Part shown: in pieces, positions 54,523 to 64,000 of the stretch | How positions within the stretch are numbered: position 1 is the stretch's first letter | Layout of the letters: the number at the start of each line of letters is the position of its first letter | Assembly: GCA_030829545.1 (NCBI GenBank) | Contig: JAURAI010000004.1 | Location: 63,433 to 127,432 of the forward strand | Source of the DNA: Poseidonia sp. | GTDB lineage: Archaea; Thermoplasmatota; Poseidoniia; Poseidoniales; Poseidoniaceae | Direction of reading: 5' to 3' | Length of the DNA stretch: 64,000 bases | The notes under the pieces: generated by a model | Told to the model about the DNA's origin: nothing | Database searches by the model: none | Seen by the model: only the letters and a program-made list of their open reading frames with translations | Program-made: the position numbers and the translations under genes

Positions 54523-55335
54523 TCACGCCGAGCAGGCGTTGATGATCTCCGTGAGTCGTACCCTCAATTCATCAAGTGTGGAGGCGTCTTCCGTAACAGT
54601 CCCCGTCACAATCCAATCAGCACCAGAATCGACGGCTTTGGCAACGTCTTCGCCATTGCGCAAACCGCCACCGACCAGCAAAGTAAGCCCCTCAACGCTT
54701 CTTGCTTTGGCAATGAGGTCGGGATGTACGGGTGAGGTGGCTCCGCTTCCCGCCTCAAGATAAAGGAGTGAAAAACCATACATTTTGGCGCAGAGCGCAT
54801 ATGCCTCAACCAGGTCCGTATCGCTTGGCTGAATCAATTCTGCAGCACCGACCTCTCCCACGCGACCGCCTGGTGCACAGACGAGGTAGCCAGTAGGTAG
54901 CGCCTCAACGCCAAATTGGTGAAGATACGGTGCGCCGCGTACTTGCTCTCCAACAAGAAACGCTCGTTTGGTCGAGTTCATGAGCATCATGAAGGTAATA
55001 GCGTCTGCTGCTGGAGAGAGGGCATGGGCTCCGCCAGGGAACAAGACAACGGGAATATCCCAGTCCATCTCATCACTTTCAGGGTCTTGACTGGCAGCAA
55101 ACATCCTCAACTCAAAGGCTTCCTGGATTGCCGTGCACGTTTCATGGACGACTTTGTCCGGTGTGTCGGTTGAGCCACCGACAAAGACCATCTTGGAGCC
55201 ACATTCTACAGCTACCATCGCTCGTTGGGCAGCAACGTCTGCTGTCTGCTTCGCAGGGTCGATGAGGGTAATATGTCGTGCCGTTGCGGAAGGGCGGCAG
55301 ACCTTGGCGAGAACCGTACCATCTTCCACATGCAT
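54523..55335 (-). CDS. Geranylgeranylglyceryl phosphate synthase
   Basis: HITLIDP.K, VGGST, PVVLFPG, YLEAGSGA, VGGG.R, GAD.IVTG. Confidence 0.93.
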   Translation of the reverse strand: MHVEDGTVLAKVCRPSATARHITLIDPAKQTADVAAQRAMVAVECGSKMVFVGGSTDTPDKVVHETCTAIQEAFELRMFAASQDPESDEMDWDIPVVLFPGGAHALSPAADAITFMMLMNSTKRAFLVGEQVRGAPYLHQFGVEALPTGYLVCAPGGRVGEVGAAELIQPSDTDLVEAYALCAKMYGFSLLYLEAGSGATSPVHPDLIAKARSVEGLTLLVGGGLRNGEDVAKAVDSGADWIVTGTVTEDASTLDELRVRLTEIINACSA

Positions 55336-55431
55336 GCTGCTCAGTCAGCGGTTGTGGCGTGAAGGGCATAGGCGTTGCGCTCCTGCTAGATTGAAGCGAG
55401 CATTCTCAAGGCCCCGCGTTCTGGGACCACC

Positions 55432-57213
55432 ATGAGCGAAGCGGGACCCTTCAAACGCCTTCTTTCGTACATGCGCCCCCACCGAGGAACCATTCGGTTG
55501 GCTTCCTTTTGTTCCATCCTCAACAAAATTTGGGATCTCGCCCCTCCGTTGCTCATTGGTTTAGCAGTTGATGTGGTCGTTCTTCGAGAAGATTCTCTGC
55601 TTGCCTCTATGGGGGTGGAAGACCCATGGCATCAACTCGTCTTGCTCTCCGTCCTTACCTTCTTGATTTGGGGGCTTGAGTCTCTGTTCGAGTATTTCTA
55701 TGGGGTTCTGTGGAGAAATCTTGCTCAAACGGTTCAGCATGAATTACGTCTTGACACGTTTGACCACGTTCAACAACAAGGCATGGCCTGGTTTGATGAA
55801 CGCCAGAAAGGAGATATCCTCGCAATCCTCAATGACGATATCAATCAACTTGAACGGTTTTTGGATAAAGGAGCGAATGATCTGTTACAAGTCACCACCA
55901 CAGTCATTGTGGTCGGCGCAGTTTTCTTGCTGATTTCTTGGCAAGTTGCTTTATTTGCAGTCTTACCCATTCCAATCATCGTGTGGGGATCATTTCGCTA
56001 TCAGCGTAGTTTAGAGCCCCGTTACGCTCGTGTTCGAGATGCAGCTGGGCGAATGAATGCCCTCTTGGAAAATGATTTGTCGGGGATGTCCACGGTTCAA
56101 TCCTTTACTGCCGAAGCCCATGAACTCGCTCGGGTTGAAGTCCTTAGCGAAGACTACAGAGCCGCAAATCGTGAAGCGATTCGCCTATCTGCAGCATTTA
56201 CACCGCTGATCCGGATGGCTATCCTTGTCGGATTTACCGCCACCCTTCTGCTCGGAGGTTGGCTAACACTTGAGGGCACCCTGGCAATAGGAGCCTACTC
56301 CGTTCTCGTTTTCATGACGCAGCGTTTGCTCTGGCCGCTCACTCGCCTCGGTGAAACCTTTGACCTCTACCAGCGGGCTATGGCGTCGTCAACACGAGTG
56401 CTTGATGTTCTTGGCTCACCCATCGAAATCATTCAAGGAGAGGTCCATCCGTCGCGAGATGATGTAATGGCAAGTGACCTCGTCTTGAACGACATAGCAT
56501 TTGGCTATCCGGGCCGAGAACCCATTTTTCACGCTTTCAACCTCACTTTTGAGGCTGGAAAAACGACGGGGGTCGTTGGTTCGACGGGGGCTGGAAAAAC
56601 AACGCTTGTCAGGTTGTTGTTACGATTTGCTGAACCGAACAGCGGCACAATCTCATGGGCTGGGGAAAATTTGCCGGCGTGGCGCCTTGAGGCGCTTCGC
56701 TCTTCAATCGCCCTGGTCGACCAACACATCACACTCTTTCCAACAAGCATCATGGAAAACATACGCTATGGGCGCCCCGATGCAGAAGATGATGAAGTGG
56801 TAGAAGCTGCAAAAATTGCTGAAGCCTTTGAGTTTGTTGAATCGCTTCCCGACCAGTGGAGCACCATGGTGGGCGAAGGAGGGCATCGCCTCTCTGGTGG
56901 ACAGCGTCAACGAGTCGCTATCGCGCGCGCAGTGCTAAAGGATGCTCCATTGCTGATTCTCGATGAGGCGACATCTGCTGTAGACAATGAAACGGAGGCG
57001 GCGCTGCAACGCTCGATTGAACGTATTTCCAAAGGTCGGACGACCATTATCATAGCACATCGCCTCTCAACCATTCGAAGAGCCGATCGCATTCTTGTAC
57101 TGGATGACGGAGAGATTGCTGAAGAAGGCGTGCATGAAGATCTGTTGAAACGTGATGAGATATACGCCAGATTATGGTCGGTTCAAACCGGTTTGACCGT
57201 AGAAAAAGAGTAA
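55432..57213 (+). CDS. ABC exporter, fused permease/ATPase (MsbA/ABCB-like)
   Basis: Six-TM domain; GSTGAGKTT, LSGGQRQR, LILDEATSA, IAHRLST. Confidence 0.95.
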   Translation: MSEAGPFKRLLSYMRPHRGTIRLASFCSILNKIWDLAPPLLIGLAVDVVVLREDSLLASMGVEDPWHQLVLLSVLTFLIWGLESLFEYFYGVLWRNLAQTVQHELRLDTFDHVQQQGMAWFDERQKGDILAILNDDINQLERFLDKGANDLLQVTTTVIVVGAVFLLISWQVALFAVLPIPIIVWGSFRYQRSLEPRYARVRDAAGRMNALLENDLSGMSTVQSFTAEAHELARVEVLSEDYRAANREAIRLSAAFTPLIRMAILVGFTATLLLGGWLTLEGTLAIGAYSVLVFMTQRLLWPLTRLGETFDLYQRAMASSTRVLDVLGSPIEIIQGEVHPSRDDVMASDLVLNDIAFGYPGREPIFHAFNLTFEAGKTTGVVGSTGAGKTTLVRLLLRFAEPNSGTISWAGENLPAWRLEALRSSIALVDQHITLFPTSIMENIRYGRPDAEDDEVVEAAKIAEAFEFVESLPDQWSTMVGEGGHRLSGGQRQRVAIARAVLKDAPLLILDEATSAVDNETEAALQRSIERISKGRTTIIIAHRLSTIRRADRILVLDDGEIAEEGVHEDLLKRDEIYARLWSVQTGLTVEKE

Positions 57214-57223
57214 GGAATCACCC

Positions 57224-57257
57224 GTTTTTTTGTCACAAAAAAACATTTCTTTATATA
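57224..57257 (+). promoter_or_regulatory. Rhodopsin promoter: perfect inverted repeat (57224-57244) and TATA box TTTATATA (57250-57257)
   Basis: GTTTTTTTGT-C-ACAAAAAAAC, then TTTATATA 30 nt before ATG 57288. Confidence 0.65.
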
Positions 57258-57287
57258 CACTTTAGAAAGCAACAACGATTGAGAACC

Positions 57288-58160
57288 ATGATAACTGAAA
57301 AATTCTCCAAAACAACCAGCCTGCTTTTAATCGCCACAATTGCCCTCGCAATGGCCGGAACGGCCAGTGCTGCGGAAGTTGTTGATCCGTCGAAGGAGTA
57401 CGCAGGTGACGCCCTTGGGCTCATCACCTTCTTCCTGTTCTTCGTTGGCTACATCTCCATGGGTGCGGCCTTCGTCTTCTTCATGAGTGAGCGAAGCAAT
57501 GTAGCACCCGAATACCGTACCACAATGACCATCTCGGCCTTGATTGTAGGTATTGCTGCGTTCCACTACTATTACATGCGGACTGTTTACTCAGAACTCG
57601 GTTCTGTTTCGGTCGAATACCGCTACATGGACTGGATCATTACCGTTCCATTGATGGCCCTCAAGTTCCCTTCCCTGGTCGGAAAGGACGCTATTACCGA
57701 TGAGAAGTTCCTCGGTATGGGCTTCACTGGCATCTGTTTCACCGGTGCCCTCATCATGATTGGATTTGGATACCTCGGTGAATCCGGAGCTCTCGGGGAA
57801 GTCATGGGCGCATCCGCTGGCGGATGGGCTGGTCTTATCCTTGGTGGCGTTGGTTGGGCCATGATTATCGTCGCAACCGGAACTCCTTGGTCATCAGGAA
57901 AGGGTGTCGACAACAGCAAGATTGCTCCTGAACTCATCTGGAGTGCCAACGCTCTCCGCTGGTTCATCGTCGTTGGCTGGATCATCTACCCGATTGGTTA
58001 CTTGTTCAGCCCTGGTGCAGAACTTGGCCTTGGTGATGGAAACCAAGAAGTGCTCGCTATCTTCTACAACATTGCAGACATCATCAACAAGATCGGTTTC
58101 GGTATTGTTGCTTGGATGGGTGCTAAGAAGGCTACCGAAGCCCTTGCTGCAGCTGAGTGA
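57288..58160 (+). CDS. Proteorhodopsin-like microbial rhodopsin, DTK motif
   Basis: Signal peptide; AFHYYYMR; RYMDWIITVPLMALK (helix C); GWIIYPIGY; YNIADIINKIGFG (retinal Lys). Confidence 0.95.
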   Translation: MITEKFSKTTSLLLIATIALAMAGTASAAEVVDPSKEYAGDALGLITFFLFFVGYISMGAAFVFFMSERSNVAPEYRTTMTISALIVGIAAFHYYYMRTVYSELGSVSVEYRYMDWIITVPLMALKFPSLVGKDAITDEKFLGMGFTGICFTGALIMIGFGYLGESGALGEVMGASAGGWAGLILGGVGWAMIIVATGTPWSSGKGVDNSKIAPELIWSANALRWFIVVGWIIYPIGYLFSPGAELGLGDGNQEVLAIFYNIADIINKIGFGIVAWMGAKKATEALAAAE

Positions 58161-58189
58161 ACACAGTTCACGGTTTCTCCAAACCCCCC

Positions 58190-58221
58190 GAAGCAGGGCA
58201 GCCCCTGGGCTGTCCTGTTTC
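58190..58221 (+). terminator. Stem-loop downstream of the rhodopsin gene, between convergent genes
   Basis: GAAGCAGGGCAGCC-CCTG-GGCTGTCCTGTTTC: 14-bp stem with two G-U pairs. Confidence 0.55.
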
Positions 58222-58290
58222 TATGGGAAGTGAGACGTATTGGCTTGCCAATGTCAAGCAATGACGGATGTTGAGCCATCTGGCCGACGC

Positions 58291-59367
58291 TTATTCCTCA
58301 ACCAGTTCTTCGTATGACTGATGCCTTTTCTTGAGCTCCAGCTCAATGGACCGCATCAATGACTCGAGGTTCTTGGACGGATGTCGCTTGTACCACTGGG
58401 CTGCGACCAAGCCCCACAACAGGGTGTAGGAAAGGGTCACCAGCATCGACGCTGTCAACGACCAGGCATACCGTTCATCGAGTTCATGAAGGAAAGCAAA
58501 CGGAAGAAAGTGGAGAACATACACGGTGAGTGAACATCGCCCTGTAAGAGCCAACCACTCAACCTCAAGGCGTGTTGAAACGATTCCCCAGAGGAGAATT
58601 ACCCCCGTGAGGCTGGCGATCATAAACGGGCCGTTGGCTGGGAAAAACGTCAACAGGGCTTGGCCTGAAGGAAGCGCCCAGGCAAGTTCATTCTGCCATG
58701 CATGCATGAGTAACAGGCCGCTATACGTCAATCCTAAGGCAACAAAGGCGATAGCTGGTCTTCGATGTTCTCCCTGAGGAAGAGCGGCTATCGTGGCACC
58801 AAAGACGGCAAAAAGAATCCAAGGATGGAGAGGATAGGTTCCTGTCACTACCAGATGTCCCGTAAATACGGCCATTGAATTGGTCGTAATACGATCCTTC
58901 CATGTAGATGAGCCTTGTAATTCAGGAACAAGAAACGTTAACGTAAGTACGGCAGCAAAGATTGAGAGAACATAAGTTTGAGGGGAAAGCCGCTCGTGAC
59001 GGAGCGGGTAGGTCCAAACAGGTTCTGTAAGAATCAACAATGCCATCAGAGAAAGGACACCTGGTGTGAAGGGTTCGAACAGATGTGGTGAAACAACGTT
59101 GACAAGAAATTGGCAGGCAAGAAGAAAACCCGCACGAATCAATCGCTGGCGACGTGTCAGTTTGGACCGAAGCAATCCCCATCCCAGGAGTGTGATGAAC
59201 AAAGGTGCTGCCAGACCGCCGAGGCCGGACACAAGGTACGCCAACGGTGATGTTTGGGTGCTGGAATACGGATTCCAAGTGGCCGCAGCATGGACCATCA
59301 CCATCAACAAAACGGCAAGGCCTCGTAATGAATCAATGTGGACAATTCGTTCCTTGTCGTTCGGCAT
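58291..59367 (-). CDS. Membrane acyltransferase-like protein (DUF1624/HGSNAT-like)
   Basis: RI..IDSLRGLAVLLMVMVH, AAPLF, YPL.PW, GR.SL.VYVLH. Confidence 0.8.
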   Translation of the reverse strand: MPNDKERIVHIDSLRGLAVLLMVMVHAAATWNPYSSTQTSPLAYLVSGLGGLAAPLFITLLGWGLLRSKLTRRQRLIRAGFLLACQFLVNVVSPHLFEPFTPGVLSLMALLILTEPVWTYPLRHERLSPQTYVLSIFAAVLTLTFLVPELQGSSTWKDRITTNSMAVFTGHLVVTGTYPLHPWILFAVFGATIAALPQGEHRRPAIAFVALGLTYSGLLLMHAWQNELAWALPSGQALLTFFPANGPFMIASLTGVILLWGIVSTRLEVEWLALTGRCSLTVYVLHFLPFAFLHELDERYAWSLTASMLVTLSYTLLWGLVAAQWYKRHPSKNLESLMRSIELELKKRHQSYEELVEE

Positions 59368-59372
59368 CCAAA

Positions 59373-60218
59373 TCAACGGTTCTGCTTCACGTATTCTACA
59401 GCGTTTCGGAACATCTGCAATCCCTCGCCTTCCCATGAATCAAGGGCGTCTCCCTTGCCGATTGGCGCCGTTCCTCTGGTATGGTCGGGGTGAAGCCAAC
59501 GTGCATAGTTGGCCTCTGGGTGCGGCATTAAGCCAAACACCAGGCCTGTAGCATCACAAATACCTGCCACGTTCCTCATGCTCCCGTTTGGACTCAACGG
59601 GTAAGGCAGCGCTGTGTCACTCAGCCCCGTTCCAACCTCGGTTGAGGGGTCAACATAGCGAACTGTCAATTGATGCGTTGTTGAAAGGGCCTCAAGGGCT
59701 TGCGGTGTAGGCATGATGTATTTTCCCTCGCCGTGGCGAACTGGACATGACATTCTGGTCATTCCTTTGGTCCATATACAGGGGCTGTTCGGGTCAAATT
59801 CGAGAGTGACCCAGCGGTCCTCGTACCGCCCGCTATCGTTGAGTCCAAGACTGCCACGTTGCACGAAATCAGGGGATTCTCCTGCGGCTGGCCCGGGTAG
59901 CAATCCAGTTTTCACGAGAACTTGGAACCCGTTGCAAATGCCGATAATCGGTTTGCCAGCATCGACGAAAACGCGCAGGGCGTCGCGCATGGCAAAGCGC
60001 ATACGGTTACCCAGAAGGCGGCCGCTGCCGAGGTGGTCTCCAAAGGAGAAACCCCCTGGGACGGCAAGAATGTCAAAGTCTTCGAGTTGTGAATCACCAG
60101 AGATGAACCGGTTGACGTGGATGCGATGGGCTTCAGCCCCTGCCAACTCAAAAACAGCCTTTGTTTCATGGTCACAATTGATGCCGAAGCCAAAAAGAAC
60201 CGCAACACGGGGCACCAT
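59373..60218 (-). CDS. purQ: FGAM synthase glutaminase subunit
   Basis: GINCD.E, PGGFSFGD, GICNGFQ, HGEG, NGS, GLMPHPE; TGATG overlap with purL. Confidence 0.95.
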   Translation of the reverse strand: MVPRVAVLFGFGINCDHETKAVFELAGAEAHRIHVNRFISGDSQLEDFDILAVPGGFSFGDHLGSGRLLGNRMRFAMRDALRVFVDAGKPIIGICNGFQVLVKTGLLPGPAAGESPDFVQRGSLGLNDSGRYEDRWVTLEFDPNSPCIWTKGMTRMSCPVRHGEGKYIMPTPQALEALSTTHQLTVRYVDPSTEVGTGLSDTALPYPLSPNGSMRNVAGICDATGLVFGLMPHPEANYARWLHPDHTRGTAPIGKGDALDSWEGEGLQMFRNAVEYVKQNR

Positions 60219-63200
60219 CACGCAACCCCTCCTGTCATGTCCAGTGTCCCTTTCCACGCATCCGCTAATGCATTGACATCGCTTGAAATAAGTGCGGTCT
60301 CGCCATCGACCATTTCAAGGACTGAAGAAGCGGTTACCTCGCCCAAGATCGTTGTTGGGTGGCCTTTCATGGTAGCCAAGAAATCTAATTCATGTTCAGG
60401 TTTGACCGCCACAACGATACGCCCGAGAGACTCGCCCCAGAGCCGGGCCCAAAGGTCCCCATTTCCAGTGCCGTCAATGTCAATGCTTGCTCCAATGCGC
60501 CCACCGATGCACATTTCAGCGAGGGCCACTGCTAAGCCGCCTTCACTGCAGTCATGGGACGTCTTTACCCAGCCTTGGTGAATGGTTCTCGAGAGTTGTC
60601 GATATGTTGCCAAATTTTTCTCTGGGTGGAGCAAAAGAGGGACGTTGCCACCAATGCCGTTGTCAGAATTTCGTTCTCGCATCATAAACGACAGTTCGCT
60701 TGCACCCAATTCCTGCTGTGAATTGCCAACCAGATAAATTCGGTCGCCCGCGTCTTTGAAATCACTCGTTGCGCTGTTACGAACATCTGGATGGTCGCCA
60801 AATAACGAAAACAAAAGCGTTGGTGGAATGGAGATTTTTTCCTTACCGCTCCCATAATCATTCTTCATTGAATCCTTACCGCTCACGCAAGGAAGGCGGT
60901 AAGCACGGCAGACTCGTTCCAGTTCCCGATTGGCTCGGACAAGTTGAGCGAGTTTGAAACGTCCATCGGGAGTCTTCACCGATTCAATAGGGTCGGGCCA
61001 GCAAAAGTTGTCCAAGCCCGCCATTTTGTCAACGTCAAGTCCGACGCAAACAGCATTTCGAACCGCTTCATCGATCGCTGCTGCGGCCATTGCGCCCGCA
61101 TCAATATCTGAATACCGTGGAGCAATTCCACACGAAATAACAAGGCCGTGGGGGTCGCCGTGGAGTGGTGCGATGACGCCAGCATCGCCAGGGCCGTCTC
61201 GTTCAACGCCGACAAAGGGTTTGATCGCTGTTTGAGCGATGACTTCGTGGTCATATTGCCGCACCCATGTTTCTTTGCTGGCGATGTTGGGGCGTTGAAG
61301 CATCGATGTCAGCAATTCATTGTGGTCGGCATCATCTGGGGTCACAAAGGGGCGTTGTTGTGGAGGAGTCCATTCGGATTCAAGTTGAAGTTGTGGAACG
61401 CCATCGTGAAGGAAATCTATGGGAAGATACGCCACCGTTTCTTCTCCATAACGGACGTGGAACATGCCAGTGGACGTGAAGGTGGCCACGGGCGTTGCCT
61501 CGACTTCATGCAAATGAGCAAGGGCTTCAAAGGCAGCTTGGTCAGCCGGTCGAACAGCAACCGTCATTCGTTCTTGGCTCTCAGAAACAAGAATTTCCCA
61601 AGGTGAAAGCCCTGCTTGTTTCAAGGGGACGGTCGCAAGGTCGATTTCGCATCCGTTGGTGTATTCTGCCATTTCACCAATCGAAGAGGAAAGTCCCCCT
61701 GCACCGTTATCGGTAATGCAACTGATCAATCCTTCATCCCGCGCTTCGAGAATCATATCGACCATCTTCTTCTGTGTAATGGGGTCGCCGATTTGGACTG
61801 CGCTGGACGGAGATTCCTCTGTGAGTTCAAGGGATGAGAAGGTTGCACCGTGAATTCCATCGTAGCCAACTCGTCCTCCAACCATGTAGACGATATCGCC
61901 TGCTACGGGGGTTTTGATGTGTGAGGGTCGGCCATCAGGAAGGTGGCGGGGCATGATTCCAACCGTTCCACAGTAAACGAGTGGTTTGCCGATGTAGCGG
62001 TCATCAAAGACAATCGCTCCGTTAACCGTTGGAATGCCCGACTCGTTACCTCCAACTCGTACACCGGCGTGGACGCCTCGCAATACTCTCGAGGGATGGA
62101 AGAGGTTGTCGGGCAGAGTGCCCTCCCAATTGGGCGGTCCGAAGCAAAATACATCGGTATTTGCAATGGGCCGAGCGCCCAAGCCCGTACCGAGGATGTC
62201 GCGGTTGACCCCAACAATTCCAGTCATAGCGCCGCCATATGGATCGAGTGCTGAGGGGGAATTGTGGGTTTCCGCCTTCATACAAACGCTCCACGTGTCG
62301 TCCCAAGCGATGACTCCGGAGTTATCGTGGAAGACCGAAAGAAGCCAGTCAACGTCCTTTTGCATGTCGTGCGTTGGCGTCATGATGTGTGTCTTGAAGA
62401 GCGAATCGATGACCGTGTCTTCTCCTGTTTCATGGTCGACATGGTGAATGCGTGATGCGAAGATTTTGTGCTTGCAGTGCTCACTCCATGTCTGAGCAAG
62501 GCACTCGAGTTCTACATCAGTAGGGGCGTCAGGGGAGATGCCATGTTTGATGCGCAGTGCACGAATTTCTTCATCGCGATAATGAGCCTGTATGGCATGC
62601 ATCTCCTCCAAATTGAGCGCTAAGAGGCCCTCGGTCGAAATGGTTTCAAGGGTCTCATCGTCGCATTCTAGGTCAATGGTCTTCGGTTGAATGAAGACTT
62701 GTTCGGGAGGCGTGGGGTAGTCGAGTGCGGGCCATGTTCCGGCCTGGCACGCTGCGCTGTCTGCGACCAGCGCACGTTCAATGAGGCCGTTGTGGAGCGT
62801 TCCAGCAAGCCATGTGGGGTCAAGATCGCCCGCTCCGTAAAATGCATAGGTTGTGTACGTTGATATTTTGGCTTCCGTGTCTTCGGGGAACAGGGTGAGG
62901 TACCCGTCGGTTGCGGCCTTTCCTGGGTTGTCGGTCACGCCCGGTTTGAAGCCAACAGTCACGACCATATCGGGTATTTGTTCAAACAAATCCGTTGAGA
63001 GAAAGAGGCTGTTGGCTGCACCGTGCTCAATGATGGGGTCGGCAAACAGGTCGTCAACCCGTGCAGCGATCGCTTCCGCTGAGGTTTGGCCTTGAATGAG
63101 ATAGCCGCAAATTGAGCGAACGCGTTGTACATTGCAGCCGTGATCAGCATGCAATTGGCGGCGTACGACGTCCCCTCGGACATCACGCATACCCTCACCT

Positions 63201-63235
63201 TCTCTCGGTGTAATCTCAACCCGCGTCATTGGCAT
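60218..63235 (-). CDS. purL: FGAM synthase synthetase subunit with N-terminal PurS-like domains
   Basis: QTWSEHCKHKIF, KAETHNSPS, DGIHGA, DNGAGG, SESQERM, QYDHEV, SGKDS, HDCSEGG. Confidence 0.95.
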   Translation of the reverse strand: MPMTRVEITPREGEGMRDVRGDVVRRQLHADHGCNVQRVRSICGYLIQGQTSAEAIAARVDDLFADPIIEHGAANSLFLSTDLFEQIPDMVVTVGFKPGVTDNPGKAATDGYLTLFPEDTEAKISTYTTYAFYGAGDLDPTWLAGTLHNGLIERALVADSAACQAGTWPALDYPTPPEQVFIQPKTIDLECDDETLETISTEGLLALNLEEMHAIQAHYRDEEIRALRIKHGISPDAPTDVELECLAQTWSEHCKHKIFASRIHHVDHETGEDTVIDSLFKTHIMTPTHDMQKDVDWLLSVFHDNSGVIAWDDTWSVCMKAETHNSPSALDPYGGAMTGIVGVNRDILGTGLGARPIANTDVFCFGPPNWEGTLPDNLFHPSRVLRGVHAGVRVGGNESGIPTVNGAIVFDDRYIGKPLVYCGTVGIMPRHLPDGRPSHIKTPVAGDIVYMVGGRVGYDGIHGATFSSLELTEESPSSAVQIGDPITQKKMVDMILEARDEGLISCITDNGAGGLSSSIGEMAEYTNGCEIDLATVPLKQAGLSPWEILVSESQERMTVAVRPADQAAFEALAHLHEVEATPVATFTSTGMFHVRYGEETVAYLPIDFLHDGVPQLQLESEWTPPQQRPFVTPDDADHNELLTSMLQRPNIASKETWVRQYDHEVIAQTAIKPFVGVERDGPGDAGVIAPLHGDPHGLVISCGIAPRYSDIDAGAMAAAAIDEAVRNAVCVGLDVDKMAGLDNFCWPDPIESVKTPDGRFKLAQLVRANRELERVCRAYRLPCVSGKDSMKNDYGSGKEKISIPPTLLFSLFGDHPDVRNSATSDFKDAGDRIYLVGNSQQELGASELSFMMRERNSDNGIGGNVPLLLHPEKNLATYRQLSRTIHQGWVKTSHDCSEGGLAVALAEMCIGGRIGASIDIDGTGNGDLWARLWGESLGRIVVAVKPEHELDFLATMKGHPTTILGEVTASSVLEMVDGETALISSDVNALADAWKGTLDMTGGVA

Positions 63236-63299
63236 AGGATGCACCGTGCCCGTTGGGCAAGCGGATGTTGTTCCATGCGCTCTTTGTAGTCTGCGGCGT

Positions 63300-64000
63300 C
63301 TATTGTTCCAACATTTTTGCCAAGAAATGGCCTGTAGCACTTTCTGTAGCCTTTGAAATCTCTTCTGGCGTCCCACTTGCAATCAGTTGACCGCCGCGCT
63401 CACCGCCGTCTGGACCGAGGTCAATGACCCAATCGCAAGATTTCACCACATCAAGGTGGTGTTCAATGACGATGATGGTGTGGCCTTTATCTCGCAGTTG
63501 GTGAAGAACGCTGATCAATTTCGCAACGTCACTGAACGAGAGCCCGGTGGTCGGTTCATCAAGGATGTACACGGTGTGCTTATTGGGCATGCGTCGTAAC
63601 TCGCTAGCGAGTTTAACACGCTGGGCTTCCCCTCCAGACAGGGTGGTTGCTGGTTGGCCAAGGCGGACATAACCCAACCCTACGGCGTTAAGGGTGTCAA
63701 GAGTTCGATGTATCTTGCGATGATGTTTGAAGAAATCAACGGCGTCTGCGACCGGCATTTGCAGAACATCGTGGATATTACGTCCTTTCCACGTGACCTC
63801 CAAACATTCTCGTGTGTACCGTTTTCCATCACACACATCACAGGTAATCCAAACATCAGGAAGAAAATTCATTTCAAGTTTGATTGAACCCCCGCCACTG
63901 CACGCTTCACAGCGTCCGCCCTTGACATTGAAACTGAATTGCCCGAGTTTGTAACCCCGTTCCTTGGATAATTTGGTATCAGCGAAGAGTTTGCGGATTT
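63300..64000 (-). CDS. uvrA: Excinuclease ABC subunit A, C-terminal part (runs off the window)
   Basis: [24 protein letters not shown]...[31 protein letters not shown]. Confidence 0.95.
   Translation of the reverse strand, partial: IRKLFADTKLSKERGYKLGQFSFNVKGGRCEACSGGGSIKLEMNFLPDVWITCDVCDGKRYTRECLEVTWKGRNIHDVLQMPVADAVDFFKHHRKIHRTLDTLNAVGLGYVRLGQPATTLSGGEAQRVKLASELRRMPNKHTVYILDEPTTGLSFSDVAKLISVLHQLRDKGHTIIVIEHHLDVVKSCDWVIDLGPDGGERGGQLIASGTPEEISKATESATGHFLAKMLEQ

Noticed and set aside
57820..57860. Carotenoid-antenna fenestration Gly in rhodopsin helix E
   Set aside because: By-eye alignment (GLILG vs PR AFIIG) puts Leu at the fenestration position; the register is uncertain, so it is not claimed.

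Overview
An approximately 64 kb, gene-dense archaeal chromosomal segment. It is most likely Marine Group II Thermoplasmatota (Ca. Poseidoniales); this is inferred from Topo VI A/B, Rpo12, eL20/LX-prefoldin-FtsY, GGGP synthase, Trm5, Dph5, a DTK-motif proteorhodopsin, and several giant acidic surface proteins with thrombospondin type-3 repeats. It holds about 50 CDS and two tRNAs (Arg-CCT, Asp-GTC). I saw no rRNA, CRISPR array, integrase or transposase. The most notable items are: (1) a head-to-tail di-ubiquitin-like gene (two beta-grasp units each ending LVGG, a 138-bp identical DNA repeat, and a capping LYC extension) resembling a polyubiquitin precursor, coupled to a small Myb-like protein; (2) a MamK-like actin followed by a long coiled-coil protein; (3) a 1675-aa surface protein with integrin-alpha-like architecture (7-blade propeller with an inserted MIDAS vWA domain, six Ig-like domains, TM, short tail); (4) a surface protein with five two-cysteine LDL-receptor-A-like repeats; (5) several apparent pseudoenzymes (SdhA-like, RFC-like, class II aldolase, receiver domain); (6) a PlsC-type acyltransferase and a perfect palindrome beside the rhodopsin TATA box. 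All family assignments come from motif recognition by eye, not database searches. Many start codons were moved to the most plausible downstream ATG.
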